The notes under the pieces: model-generated
Database searches by the model: none
The model's input: the letters and a program-made list of their open reading frames with translations, nothing else
Told to the model about the DNA's origin: nothing
Program-made: the position numbers and the translations under genes
Part shown: one piece after another, positions 1 to 12,399 of the stretch
Numbering within the stretch: position 1 is the first letter of the stretch
Layout: each line of letters starts with the position of its first letter
Origin: Moniliella sp. 'wahieum'
Lineage: Eukaryota
Direction of reading: 5' to 3'
Assembly (NCBI GenBank): GCA_003971905.1
Contig: RSEE01000034.1
Coordinates: 186,001-250,000, forward strand
Length of the DNA stretch: 64,000 nt

Positions 1-53
1 TTCTCTCTTTACCACCACCGCTACTCCCCCTTCGCTCTCCTACTGTCAAGGCC

Positions 54-1683
54 ATGCCCAATCCCCTGTGCGTCCCTCTCTGCACTCGCCTTGGCAGCGC
101 CGTAAGCTTTGGTACCTGCTTCCGCAGCTTTCCAGTAACAGCAACTGCAACTGTAACCCCCATCGCCCTCCGTCCGTCCGTATTGTCACCCAACCATCAG
201 TGGGGTAATGTTGCATACTCTTATCGGCCGCTTTCTTCATCGGCACACGCTCCACAAGCAGTCCCCGTCGATCTGCCCGCTTCTGTTGATGCCCGCCGTG
301 CGCCACGCGGGTCATCCCAGAGCAGCGGTCGCAGTATGTGTCACCCAAGTTCTGTATCCAACCAGCCGAGTACCTGACCATTTCCATCTGTCCTCAGATC
401 TTTTGACCGAAGTGCTCGAATCCCGCCCTAAGCACTCGACAGCACTGCGTCCCATTTATCTGGATTCCCAGGCGACCACCGCACTCGATCCACGCGTGTT
501 GGACGTCATGCTGCCCCTGTTGACCAATCGGTACGGCAACCCCCACTCGCGCACCCATGCATATGGCTGGGAGGCAGAGGAGGCGGTCGAAACGGCTCGC
601 GAACACGTTGGTGCCCTAATTGGAGCGGATGCCAAGGAAATTATCTTTACGTCGGGCGCGACCGAGTCCAACAACTTGGCGCTTAAGGGCGCAGCCCACT
701 TTTATGGCTCGAAAAAGAAGCATATCATCACAGTCCAGACAGAGCACAAGTGTGTGCTAGATTCGTGCCGAACGCTTCAAGAGGAAGGGTATGAAGTCAC
801 TTACCTCCCCGTTCAGAGTAATGGGATGATTCGTCTCGAGGACCTCGAGGCTGCCCTGCGCCCGACGACGGCAATCGTGTCGATCATGTCGGTCCACAAC
901 GAGATTGGTGTAATTCAGCCGCTTAAGGAGGTTGGGCAGTTGCTTAAGACCAAAGGAGCCCAGCTTGCCAAGGAGGTGGGGCTAAGTGGCAAGCCACTGT
1001 TCCACACGGATGCGGCCCAGGCTGTGGGCAAGATCGCATTTGATGTGAACGAGATTGGGGCAGATTTGGTGTCCATGTCGTCGCACAAGATCTATGGGCC
1101 GAAGGGGATTGGCGCCATCTACATTCGCCGACGGCCGCGCGTGCGCCTGATGCCAATCATCTCGGGTGGAGGACAGGAGCGTGGCTTGCGCTCCGGTACG
1201 CTAGCTCCTGCCCAGGTAGCCGGGATGGGGGAAGCAGCACGCCTGGCCAAGGCCGAACGAGAATACGATTACGCGCATGTGATGGCGCTGTCGAAACGGT
1301 TGCGAGAGCGGATCGAGGGCAAGGTGACCCACGTCTTATTCAACGGCGACGAGCACGGTTACCCCGGCTGTGTTAATTTGACCTTCCAGTATGTTGAGGG
1401 GGAGTCGCTGCTCATGGCGCTCAAGCGAATCTGCCTTTCATCCGGGTCAGCGTGCACGTCCGCCTCGCTCGAACCTTCCTACGTTCTTCGTGCGCTCGGA
1501 TTGAACGACGAGAATGCCCACTCTTCTCTCCGGTTCGGCATGGGTCGCTTCACCACCACAGAAGAGGTTGACTTTGTGGCGGATCAGATCATTGCCGTGG
1601 TGGAGAAGCTGCGTAACATGTCCCCGTTATGGGAGATGGTGCAGGAGGGTATTGACCTCAACTCGATTGAGTGGTCCGAGTGA
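54..1683 (+). CDS. NFS1: Mitochondrial cysteine desulfurase (IscS/Nfs1)
   Basis: ATG at 54. Intron 334-397 (GTATGT..CTGAC..CAG, phase 1) joins the 54 frame to the 208..1683 ORF. Motifs IYLDSQATT, GNPHSRTH, HTDAAQA, SSHKIYGPKG (PLP Lys), SSGSACTSASLEPS (catalytic Cys). Confidence 0.96.
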
Positions 1684-4402
1684 CTCTTGGTTGTCAGGAG
1701 TGTGCCAAGCCTTTTCATTTGTTTACTTTTTCTTCTCTGATCTTCTCGACCTCTCCTTCCCCGTTTCTGTGTTGACATTGTCCCTTTCCCCCCTCACCGA
1801 CCCTGGTAATCTATTCTCACCACGTGAGACGGGCCTCAGCGGCCTTGCCCTCCTGGAGACATAACTCCTTTGGCGGTACGCAGTCGGGACGGGGGCGTAC
1901 CCTGACGTACCCTCTCAGTTGACAGTGTGACATGTACAATGGACTGGTGCTCGATGGCAGCCAGCAGAGTATGGAGAGAGTACTCCTAGTCCACAGGGAA
2001 ACCGGGGTGGATTGAGGAGTTTGAAATACTACTAATATGACGGTAATATGGACCCGCGATGGGACGCTGGGCCTGTATGCCGACGGTGGACGGAGCAGGA
2101 GATTGGCTCGCTTGTGCGGTCCATCTCGCTCTCACCATTGCCCACCGCCACACCACTGCATGGCATCACTTTAATTGGAGATGATAATTCGTAGTGAAGC
2201 CACACGTCATTTTCATGCATGGAATATAGTGTCCCGAAATCGCTTTTCCAAGCAAGATGTAACGAGCGTGGATACGAAATGAGGGTGTTAGACATTCATA
2301 TATGTGGCCTGTGTGGGGGGTGAGCCACACCCCCAATGAATATAGGACTCATCACTTACTATTTCATTCCATCATTCCCAAACATCTTGCTGGCCGTATA
2401 GCATCCTTGCGTCGTCTCGTGATCGGCAGAAGGGAAAGAAAAAGGTTCTTAAGTGTGACCCTGGTACGTTTGGCGTTTTTGTCGCATTCGACTTGTCCCC
2501 CAACCGTCGAAATGCAGCTCATTCTCCCGGCCTCCACAGGCGTGTGGCGGTGGCCTCATGTGCCACCCTTCTCATCCTGGTAGGCAGTTATCGCATCGTT
2601 TTTTTTGTGCTGGAACCCAGCAAAATGTGGTTCACCTCCATTCTGATTCCTCCAAACGCTCCATGTCCCATCACTTGGTAGTCCGTACGCATCTCCTTCT
2701 CCCGCCCAATTCACATCGTCCCCTCCTACTCTCCAGTCGGCGCCTGTATGAATGTGAATATTGGGGATTTACCGCACAAGAATGAGGGTGTCTCTCCCTC
2801 AGCCTCATTCAATGCGTCCAATTTAGACTAGGTGCGGCGCGAGCCAACTATGAAGGCTCAAAAAGCGAAGTGGACATAGCTGACCACACACTTGCACTTA
2901 CTGCGCGAGGAACGGGGCAGGGTAAGGGTAGCTGTTGGGGCCAATCCGTGAGATATACTAGGAAGAATATTGCTCTATTACTTTTGCTATAGGAACATGT
3001 ATTGCCATAGTGTAGAGAGACGCCTGACGATGCAGAAGAACGAGAAATGACGGGCAGTTTAATCGGAGGGGGTGAGTTAACATTCATCTCATGCGAAAGG
3101 AAAGCAATGGTTTTGATGAAAGAGGGGTCGAAAACGCACATCGCCAGGATGTAATGGGTGGATGAACCCTCATCTACTCATGTGCGGGCTACTGTTATAC
3201 TCCCCTATTTCCGGCGTAAAGGTGGAGCTTGTAACAATGGCGAGTCTTCGTGGCACTCGTGGTGCACCCAGCGAACTGCCATGAGTAGCACACGTGGGTG
3301 GGTCAACCAGTCCTTCCCCCCTCCCCGAAGATTGCCTCCATGATGTGGAAGCGGGCTTGTGCATCCAATGTGATCGATAGTCTCTTTCGCGACCGCCAAT
3401 GTCGGGATCACACCCACCTGGTTACCCATACAGCCACCAGCTTAACTGGTCCCTGATTTGTTCTACCCTTCTGTTTCCCCCCTTTTTCTTTCACCGTGCG
3501 ATTCAGCTCACATGTTCTCTCTTATTCTCCGAGGCATACATACCTCACCCCCTTTCCACTCTATGAATAATATCATCCTCATCCTTTCCCCCATCTCTCC
3601 ATCTCCTGTTAGCCAATACACGTAGTATAAATATGCGGTCCTGTGTTGGTCTATAGTATCTCATTATTGGAAAATGGAATAGTAAAGCATGGCTCACGCG
3701 TAAACCCAACGCGCCCAATGCACCTATGCATCAAGAGACCCACACCAAAATCCCAGTTATTGGATTCAAAGCGGGTGTCGTTGTAGATTCGACACTATTC
3801 CGTCATGTTGACGCGAACCAGACCGTCTGAAAAAGAATTGAGACCCAGACGTAATGTCGACTCCTGTTGTTGTGCCCTGTTCCAGTTGATCTGCGTACTG
3901 TGGGAAAAAATATGGAGACAGCGGCAATCCACAATCCCGCACACTGACTACTCATCCCTCTGACTCGCCCTTGCCTACGTTTCCTCAATAACGCCCTTCC
4001 ATGGGACGACGATTGAGAGCGGGGAAGAGAGAAAACCGGAAAACGTGTGTGGTCAGATGCAAATCAGATTTTTTGATGAGTATAACTGTGGATGGCAGCA
4101 TATTAGAGTAGGGCCGTGAGAAAAACAAAATGGTGGGTTGAAAAGACCGTTAAAGGACCGAACAGTCAGGGGAGAAGGTGTGCGTGCTGTGCACAAAAGA
4201 AAGAAATTTGGATATGACGGAAACGATTGTGAGAACACTTGAGCGCCAACGCTTGTGATGCACGTATTCCTTGGTCCATAATTTAGGTGGATGTCTTCAC
4301 AGGGAGTGCGAAAAGAGATAGCTCCCGCGGTACAATTCAGGAGATGAGAAGGCCGTGCCGTCGTTTTTAGTGCACAGAATTCTTTAATCTACCGATGTTG
4401 GA

Positions 4403-4978
4403 TCAGATGCGATTCGGGAGTGATCGAGCTGGGTAGAGAAGGGAAAGTGACTGAGCCAAAAAGGCACCAACATGCAGGATGGACCTTGAACGTTCACGAG
4501 TCGATGCCCGATTTGGTGGACGGTCTTTCGCACATAGACTTGCGTCGACGGGAGGCGCGGTTGGAAGCAGCATCGAAGCATGGGCCGGGATCGGAATGCT
4601 ATTCCGCTGAGAGCTTGAAGGTGAGGAAATGGGAAATGGTTGCGGCCCTTCGGGACGTATGTCATAAGATGGGGGTGGAATAGTGTCATCACATTGGCGA
4701 GCACGGCGGGTGGCGCCGAGGGTTATGATGGTCAACGGCTCGCTGTCCTCATGCAATGAGGCAAATGCTAAAGGAGAGTCAACATTGTTGTACGGCGAGG
4801 CTGGTGGACAGGATGTGAAAAGATGGAGAAGCGGACCGTAGGTGCTGCTGCTGGGATAGCAACCATCATTCGTCGGGCCGATATTACTTAGGCCGAGGGC
4901 GTTGCCTGTCATCTCGGAGGTGGGACCGTCAACATTGGGATCAAGCGCCATTTGGTGCCCAGGGGTAGGTGAGAGCAT
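4403..4978 (-). CDS. Possible hypothetical protein (Pro/Ser-rich ORF)
   Basis: 191-aa ORF with a pyrimidine-rich leader and an upstream TATAAA-like element near 5071-5079. No recognisable domain. Confidence 0.25.
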   Translation of the reverse strand: MLSPTPGHQMALDPNVDGPTSEMTGNALGLSNIGPTNDGCYPSSSTYGPLLHLFTSCPPASPYNNVDSPLAFASLHEDSEPLTIITLGATRRARQCDDTIPPPSYDIRPEGPQPFPISSPSSSQRNSIPIPAHASMLLPTAPPVDASLCAKDRPPNRASTRERSRSILHVGAFLAQSLSLLYPARSLPNRI

Positions 4979-5714
4979 AAAAGGGAAAAAGAGAGTAACA
5001 GCCCAGGAGAGGAGGAAGAGAAGGGAGTGGGAAAAGGTGGTAGAGGAAGCGAAGAGAAGAGGGGAGACACGATTTATAGGACCGTGTGGATTGAAGTTTT
5101 ATACTCTGCCTTTTTGAATGACAGGGGGGGCAATGACACCCCGGTACGAAGTGTTATATCCTTTGCCTGTGATGAGTTGGAAGGGCGTCGTTCGGCATCA
5201 TGTTTCAAGATCTTCGGTGGTCATGCTGAGGTCCTCAGCACTGAGGACTGAGGGGTGTGGTGGATGGGGATGCGCATGTGAAGGGCTGGCCCTTGGGCTC
5301 TAGAGGCCAGAGGGGCCTATTGCCCTTAAGGCCTCAACACTCAGTTTTAGCCTTATGTTCCGGACTTTTTTATCAACAGCTTTGTGGCCTCTCTCTCTCA
5401 CAGCATGTGGATCTATATCAAAAAAGTAATGCCCTGCCTGAGGCCTGATGTGCTTGGCGTTCAGGATGAGCCTTATAATGCTCACATACTAACTCACTGG
5501 ACAAGGGTTTTCACACAGCACTGCGGCGGGCCAGCTGTCGGCGTTATAGCTGTTCATGCACGTGCACCATGAGTGCATGAGAGATGAATGGGATCTGAGA
5601 GAAGCGGATGAGCTTGGGCTCGATTCTAGCCCTCTGATTGACGTGCTTGACCCTGTTCTCTATATATCCTCACAGGCCAGAATCAAATGGGCATTGGGCC
5701 TCGAATACCTTCAG

Positions 5715-5950
5715 TACTATTCACTCAGCCAGTCACTATATAATCACTATAGTCACTAGAGTCACGAATCACTAGTCACTCTAGTCACTAGTCACTAGTA
5801 ACCAGTCACTGCAGTCACTAGTAATCACTACTAGTCACTATAGCTGGAAGTACCTAAGGCCTAAGGCCGGCCTAAGACCTATATCATGCAGCCGCGGTGA
5901 GTACTCAGTACACTCAGTCTGAGTACTGAGACTCAGTACTTAGTAGCTCA
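5715..5950. repeat. Low-complexity array of AGTCACT/ACTAGT/CTNAG/AGTACT motifs
   Basis: Imperfect tandem copies such as 'cactagtcactctagtcactagtcactagtaaccagtcactgcagtcactagt' and 'gagtactcagtacactcagtctgagtactgagactcagtact'. Confidence 0.7.
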
Positions 5951-7417
5951 GCATCCAAAAAGGTCCTCAGGGCGCAGGAGAGGCACTGGGGCGCTCACGT
6001 GTCGCATTTCTATAGCCATCTATATAGCACGCCCCGTATATGTTGACAGAAGAGCCATTCAAACATTCCATGGTACGTGGCATCGATACGCATTTCGCCA
6101 CTTGAATTTGAGGGAGGATCTGGGGGAGACCGAAAGTCCGCGGACTATGAGGCCCACGTTGAACACCGAGATGCGACTTGAAGCTTGAAGAGCGTGATCT
6201 CAAGCTTGAGGAGCTTGGCGGCGGCCTTAGGAAAGGATATATACGAGAGGACCACCGACCCTACGGCCCCGTCAGCTGGGGATTCGCCCTAGCTTGGTAC
6301 GCAGCTGCGTCGCCACCTTAGCCACCCCTGGTTCCTTAACAGGGGTGTCGCTACCAAGTAACTCACGCAAGATGAACGGGTCGGTTTAGGCGTAGCATTT
6401 CCCTGTCCCAACCTTAAGCTCTGTCAATGATATGGATGCAAAAAGTAGAGATACAGGATACTCGGTACACAATACTCGGTACAGTCACTAGTCACATAGT
6501 GATGCTAAAGTTAGTCCCCCAGTGCTCAGTACCCAAGGCGCTCAGTGGCCAATAGTTATAGATGCCGTCCACGGCATATCATACATCATGCATCATGTGC
6601 ATGACGCACACGATCCACATCTCTTGTCCTATAGAGTTGTCGGCGTCACGCCCCGCCACCAATCACCGGCATGCATCACTAAGGCCGGAGGAGTAAGAGC
6701 TATAGTAAGCAGATCCCCCGGCCTTTCGGTGGCAGAATGTGGCGCATCGCACAGTGTTTCGATATCCACGCCATTGATCTTGATCGAGTAAGGCTACAAC
6801 AAGCCCGATTTGTATGGAAATCCTTGCAGATCATGTCTAAGAGGCACATTGGGGGCGTCCACACACTCGATCCGTCCAGCAAAAATGCAGGGCTGAGAGC
6901 AGGAAGCGTTCACCATGGAGGCGGGCCGGGCAGGGGCGGTCAGATACAGCAGGGTCCAGACCCTGCCAGCTACTGTGCTTCCGTTCGAACAAGCTATTTT
7001 AAGAGAGCCACAGCGGTACTCTTCGACGGACAGTATGCTTCATAGAGATCTGGAGGAAAAGGCCGCAGATAAGACGACGTACACGTGAAGTGGCGTCAGG
7101 GACCCGCTGACACGAGAACCAAGTCGGGGGTGGAACGGTGGGAGCGCTACGGCGCCGAGTTTAAGGATGGGATGCTTGTGTGGCGAGCCCAGCGCTCTGG
7201 TTCGCCAATGGTGTGCGCTAGGTCCAGTACTGGGGGTACAGCGGGGTTGGTGTGAACATAGTCCGTGGCTGTAGAGACGGCCCTTGTCGGAAGCCAAAGT
7301 ATATTCAACACAATTCCGCCTCTCACGGCGGAATGGATCATTAATTAGCACCCGCGTCTGGGGGCACCAACACCGCCAACCCCAACTCCCTTCCCCGTTC
7401 ATCCCCCACATGCCGCC

Positions 7418-10227
7418 ATGGCCCGGCGCGTGCTCTGCGTGGCCGAAAAACCATCGGTGGCCAAGGAAGTCGCTTCCATTCTTTCAAGCGGCACTACCCT
7501 CACCAACCGTGCCGGCATCGACCGGTTTTGCCGCAACTACGATTTTCGTTACCGCCTCCCCGACCTCGGGGACGTCGCCATGACCATGACCAGCGCCCGC
7601 GGCCATCTCACTGAACTGCAGTTCCCGTCCAGCACCCGCTCTTGGCGCGCTATTGACCCCATTCAGCTTTTCACCCTCCCAGTCCACACCAGCATTAGTG
7701 CAGACGCGCTCGCCATCTGTCGCAATCTCGAAGCTGAGGCGCGTGGTGCCCAAATGCTCATGATCTGGACCGACTGTGACCGTGAGGGCGAGCACATTGG
7801 TTCGGAGATTGTGGCTGCGGTTCGTAAGGCCAATAGTACGATTACCGTTCGCCGCGCCCGCTTCAGCGCCCTTATACCGGACCAGATTCATGCGGCTGCT
7901 CGGAACGCGGGCGAGTTGGACTGGCAGGCCGCCGCTGCCGTTGAGGCCCGCAGCGAAATTGACTTGCGCATCGGCGCTAGTTTTACGCGGCTCCAAACTT
8001 TGGGACTTCAGTCCCAGCCAGGTATGGCCGCATTACACGCTGAGGACGGAAAGAGCCGCGTGATTTCTTACGGGCCTTGCCAATTTCCCACACTCGGCTT
8101 TGTCGTAGAGCGGTATGAGCGGGTGGAGCGCTTTGTTCCTGAGCCTTTTTGGGCGTTGGCTGTACACCATCGCCCAAACGGACTGTTACCTACTTTTAAG
8201 GAAATCGTATTTTCTTGGGACCGCGGCCACCTGTTTGACTCTTCTGTGGCTCAAATGTTGCATGCCATGTGCACCGACTCCAATCAGGCCACGGTGAAGA
8301 GCGTCGTGTCCAAGCCCACGCGCAAATGGAAGCCCTATCCGCTCACCACTGTCGATCTGCAAAAGGCGTGCTCACGCTTGTTTAGTCTGAGTCCCCAACT
8401 CACGCTCAGCATTGCTGAGAAGCTCTACAACAATGGGCTTTCTCTTACCCCCGCACAGAAACAAGCGTGTTCGACCGTAACTTCGATTTGCCTCGCTGAT
8501 CGAGAAACAGACGTCTGACAGCCAATGGGGCTCATTTGCATCCGCCCTGAACCAGGGCGCATTCGAGCGTCCCCGAAACGGACGCAAGGACGATCACGCA
8601 CATCCTCCTATCCACCCTATCAAGCACGCCAACGGTCTCCGGGGCGACGAGAAGAAGGTGTACGACTATGTAACGCGGCGTTTCCTCGCCTCATGTTCCA
8701 CCGATGCGATGGGGCAGAACACGACGGTACGGATTGACGTGGCCGGTGAAGGCTTTAAGGCCACGGCTTTAGTTGTGCTTCAGCGCAATTACCTGGATGT
8801 GTTTCCCTATGACAAGTGGGAATCTTCCGCTTCATTTCCTGCGGGTGCATACACCCAGGGAGACCGCTTTCGTCCGTCGGCAATTGAGCTTAAGGAGGGA
8901 GAGACACAGCGCCCGCGCTACCTTACTGAGAGCTGACCTCGTCGGTCTCATGGATGCCCATGGTATTGGGACAGACGCTACAATTGCCGATCACATTGCT
9001 AAGGTCATTGAGCGTGAATACGTGTTCAAGCGAAGCGAGGGACGTGGCGCCCCCGTATTGGTCCCATCCACTTTGGGTATTGGCCTGGTGGAGGGGTATA
9101 ACCTGATTGATTTGGAAAAGAGCCTGAGCAAGCCATATTTGCGCGCCGAGGTAAGTTACTACTACTCCTACATACTGAGGTACTCTGGATTGACTCTTCT
9201 TTATTTCAGACTGAACTTCGTATGTCCCGCATTGTGGCTGGCGAGCGGACCAAAGAAGACACTGTCGAGGAGAGCGTGCGCGAGTACAAGGCCATGTTTT
9301 CCCGAGTCAAGGAGAAGTTTGATGTATTGGCCAGTAGCGTCGCTACCTATTTGAACCAAACCATGGACGACAACGATCCCGATCCGCCAGAGCCTGATCC
9401 GCAACCGACGCGAAGAAGGCGACCTCCCGCTCCTCCACGGAACGGGAATGATCATCATATGAGTTCGGACTCAGACTCAGACCCAGATGATGAGCCTCCT
9501 CGCGGTGGTGGGGCGAATAGAACGCGTACTGCTGGGGGGCGACAAGTACGGCGTACACGTACTCCCCGCCGCCAACCAGAGACGACACTCCGCGGGGGTT
9601 ATCCCCAAACGTGCTCGCCGCGATAACCCAAGACAAGCGCCGTCTGTCGCACCTATGTGTCAGTGCAATCTCCCTTCCGTTGAACGGACGGTCCAGAAAG
9701 ACGGTCCCAACAAGGGTCGGCAGTTTTATGTCTGCAGCCGAGACCGAGAGGACCAAGGGAGATGCGATTTCTTCGAGTGGGCCGATCAATCGTCACGGGG
9801 TGAAGGAGGTGGGTTTGGGGCACCTGCGGCCGCGAGAAGGCAAGGTGGAAGGGCGGCAGGTACGAGCGCAATTCCGCGCTGCCAATGTGGTTTGGAAGCG
9901 GTGGAGCGTACGGTGTCTAAGGAAACTGCCAACAAGGGGCGCACGTTTTGGACATGCTCCAAGGCAAACGAGCGCTTGCGCTGCCGCTTCTTCGAGTGGT
10001 GCGACGAGCCGAGCGAGGGCACGGTGCGCCCTGGAGGCGATGCACGGACAGGGCCCTTTCCACGCCGAGGTGGTGCCCAGGGCGGTGGCAGAGGCAGTGG
10101 CAGGGGCGGTGGCAGGGGTGGTGGCAGGGGTGGTGGCAGAGGAGGAGGTGGAGGAGGTGATGGAGGCAACACATGCTTTCGGTGTGGACAGCCAGGCCAC
10201 TGGGCCAACGCATGCCCCGAGGCCTAG
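7418..10227 (+). CDS. TOP3: DNA topoisomerase III (type IA, TOP3A-like) with C-terminal GRF zinc fingers and CCHC knuckle
   Basis: TOPRIM VLCVAEKPSVAK, WTDCDREGEHIG, SYGPCQFPTLGFVV, catalytic SYPRT region near 8442 (frameshifted), HGIGTDATIADHI. Intron ~9151-9209. Two CxC..GPNKGR/NKGRxF..C..C.FFEW fingers, GGRG repeats and CFRCGQPGHWANAC. Several 1-nt frameshifts. Confidence 0.95.
10080..10166 (+). repeat. 12-nt coding tandem repeat (GGCAGGGGTGGT-like) encoding GGRG/RGG
   Basis: About 5 copies directly visible, translated GGGRGSGRGGGRGGGRGGGRGGGGG. Confidence 0.85.
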
Positions 10228-10734
10228 TAAGCATCGTACACATATGACACAATCGAATATACCCTGGCAGTGTGGCCCAAAAGACATGCCTTTGGAGTGC
10301 ATTGAGGAACTGGCGCATAACGGACAACGATGGTGTTGCCCTGTTGTACCCGAATAGACCTTATCCATCGAGTCACAACTTGAGAACGTCGCTACCGAGT
10401 ACTCGTCTGTTTAACACGACGGTTATCAGCAGCATTGCTCCTGATGCGTTGAAATGCCTGATGGGCCAAAACACCACACCTGAGGTCATTTCCTCTGCCT
10501 CCAACCGGCCGAACCTTGGTCCCGCATTTGCGACACTCAAGCTCTTAAGCTGCCGGGAACGCTACCGTCCAGACCCTGCTCGCAAGCACACACAGGCAAA
10601 CACCACATCAAGCTTCAGGCTGACACAGACTGACACCTGCTGACACTCGGAGTCGCGTCGAGGGATGCGTCAGTCTCTGGCGTTCAGCAGGCGTGTTTTT
10701 TTGCCGTGCCGTAGTGATTGCTGCATAAACCTGG

Positions 10735-10888
10735 CACGTGATCCTATGTCAGTTCCAGCCACATTCAAATATTCAAATGGAACAGGACACCCTGGCTGAA
10801 TAGTGTGCCGCAGCATTAGTTAAACACAGCCCCTCCGGCTTAGTTTCAATCCTTCCCATTCCAACCCTGTGGCAGATCAGTTAGGGTT
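10735..10888 (+). promoter_or_regulatory. Putative ribosomal-protein promoter elements (CACGTGA E-box; AACCCT/TTAGGGTT telobox-like pair)
   Basis: CACGTGA at 10735, AACCCT at 10863 and TTAGGGTT at 10881, 120-270 nt upstream of the RPS1 ATG. Confidence 0.4.
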
Positions 10889-11003
10889 CCTGTGATCACC
10901 CCTCCCTCCCCTTTCCGCATTTGGCTTGCTACGCCGGGGGCGTTGTCGCTTGAAGCTCGCTTCCGCCGACTAGCCCGTCTGACCTTCAGTCCAACTACCC
11001 AAC

Positions 11004-11785
11004 ATGGCGATTGGCAAGAACAAGAAGCTCGGAAAGAAGGGCATGAAGAAGAAGACGGTCGACCCTATGTCGCGCAAGGTGTGGCACGACATTCGGGCGC
11101 CCACCTTCTTCGACAACCGCACTGTGGGCAAGACGATTGTCAACAAGTCGCAGGGTCTGGTGAACGCCAACGACTCACTCAAGGGCCGCATTGTCGAAGC
11201 TTCCCTCGCCGACCTCAACAAGGATGAGGAGCAGTCCTTCCGCAAATTCTCTTTGCGTGTAGACGAGGTGCAAGGCCGCTCATGCTTGACCAACTTCCAC
11301 TCGATGAACTTCACCACGGACAAGATCCGTTCCCTCGTTCGCAAGTGGCAGACGACCATTGAGGCGCACCAGGATGTCAAACTGACCGACGGCTACGTTG
11401 TGCGTCTGTTTGTCATTGCCTTTACCAAGCGCCGCTCCAACAGCGTGTCCAAGACCACCTACGCCCAGTCTGCCCAAGTGCGCGCCATCCGGCAAAAGAT
11501 GTTCCAGATCATCAAGCGTGAGATTGAGACCTGCGACATCAAGGAGCTGGTGCAGAAGCTTATTCCCGAGGTTATTGGCCGCGAGATTGAGAAGTCCACT
11601 CGTGGAATCTACCCCTGAAGGATGTCTTCGTCCACAAGGTCAAGATCATCAAGAAGCCTAAATTTGACGTTTCGCGTCTAGTTGAGCTTCATGGGGGTGC
11701 GGCCAACGTGGTGGGGGCTGAGGACCTAGGCGCCAAGGTTAAGAGTGCCGAGTTTGTGGAACCTACACCTTTGGCGAGTGTATAA
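11004..11785 (+). CDS. RPS1: 40S ribosomal protein eS1 (S3a/S1)
   Basis: [56 protein letters not shown] 1-nt frameshift at ~11615 (CCCC run) continues as [27 protein letters not shown]. No intron seen in the CDS. Confidence 0.97.
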
Positions 11786-12399
11786 GTGCGAGCTTAGCTA
11801 CTCTCAAGCTGGTCTACATTCCTTGTGCCTTCTGTACCTTCTTTGCATTGCCCCAAAAGAGCTGTGAGAGAAGAGGTGATTGCCCACAGCTGCGCCTTGT
11901 ATGGCTCTGTCGTGCCTTGGATGCGACGCTTGACTGAACCGGTGGGACGTGTATGCTTATTGTACCCCCTTAGTCTCTTCTACCCCTCTAGCGCCTCCAC
12001 CGGGCAGTTAATATGACCTCAAAACGCAATTGCGATATCAAATCTTGCGAACGACTGAAGTTAAAGTCATTCATCCGTCCTAGGTGGTTCTGCCCTGAGA
12101 GTAGTCCGCTCGAAGTCGGGAAGTCTTAGTAGATGTCGAGTTCTGTTACATGTCAAGGTAGCACGGGCGACACGAAGCTGTGGCGAAGGGGCTTTGGCGG
12201 GAGCGCAAATAATTGCGCAAAAAGCCAATTAAAATAAATTCCGTCGCGCTTTCCATTTTGGTCGTCGCCACGCACACGCGCTTGAGTTGATCAAAGGCTT
12301 CTCGTTCTTATTCGTACCTCTCCACCATCACCACCACCACCACCGTCACTACCCCCCGCCACTCTTTTGTTGGCTCTTGTGCCCAGTCATCTGGCTACC

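Noticed and set aside
5740..5845. CRISPR-like or telomeric array
   Set aside because: Units are about 7 nt and irregular, with no constant repeat-spacer structure and no TTAGGG tract. The context is eukaryotic.
11600..11630. Programmed ribosomal frameshift or truncation in RPS1 (and similar breaks elsewhere)
   Set aside because: One base is missing in a C run, and the same pattern occurs throughout the window with no common slippery motif. Sequencing error is more likely.
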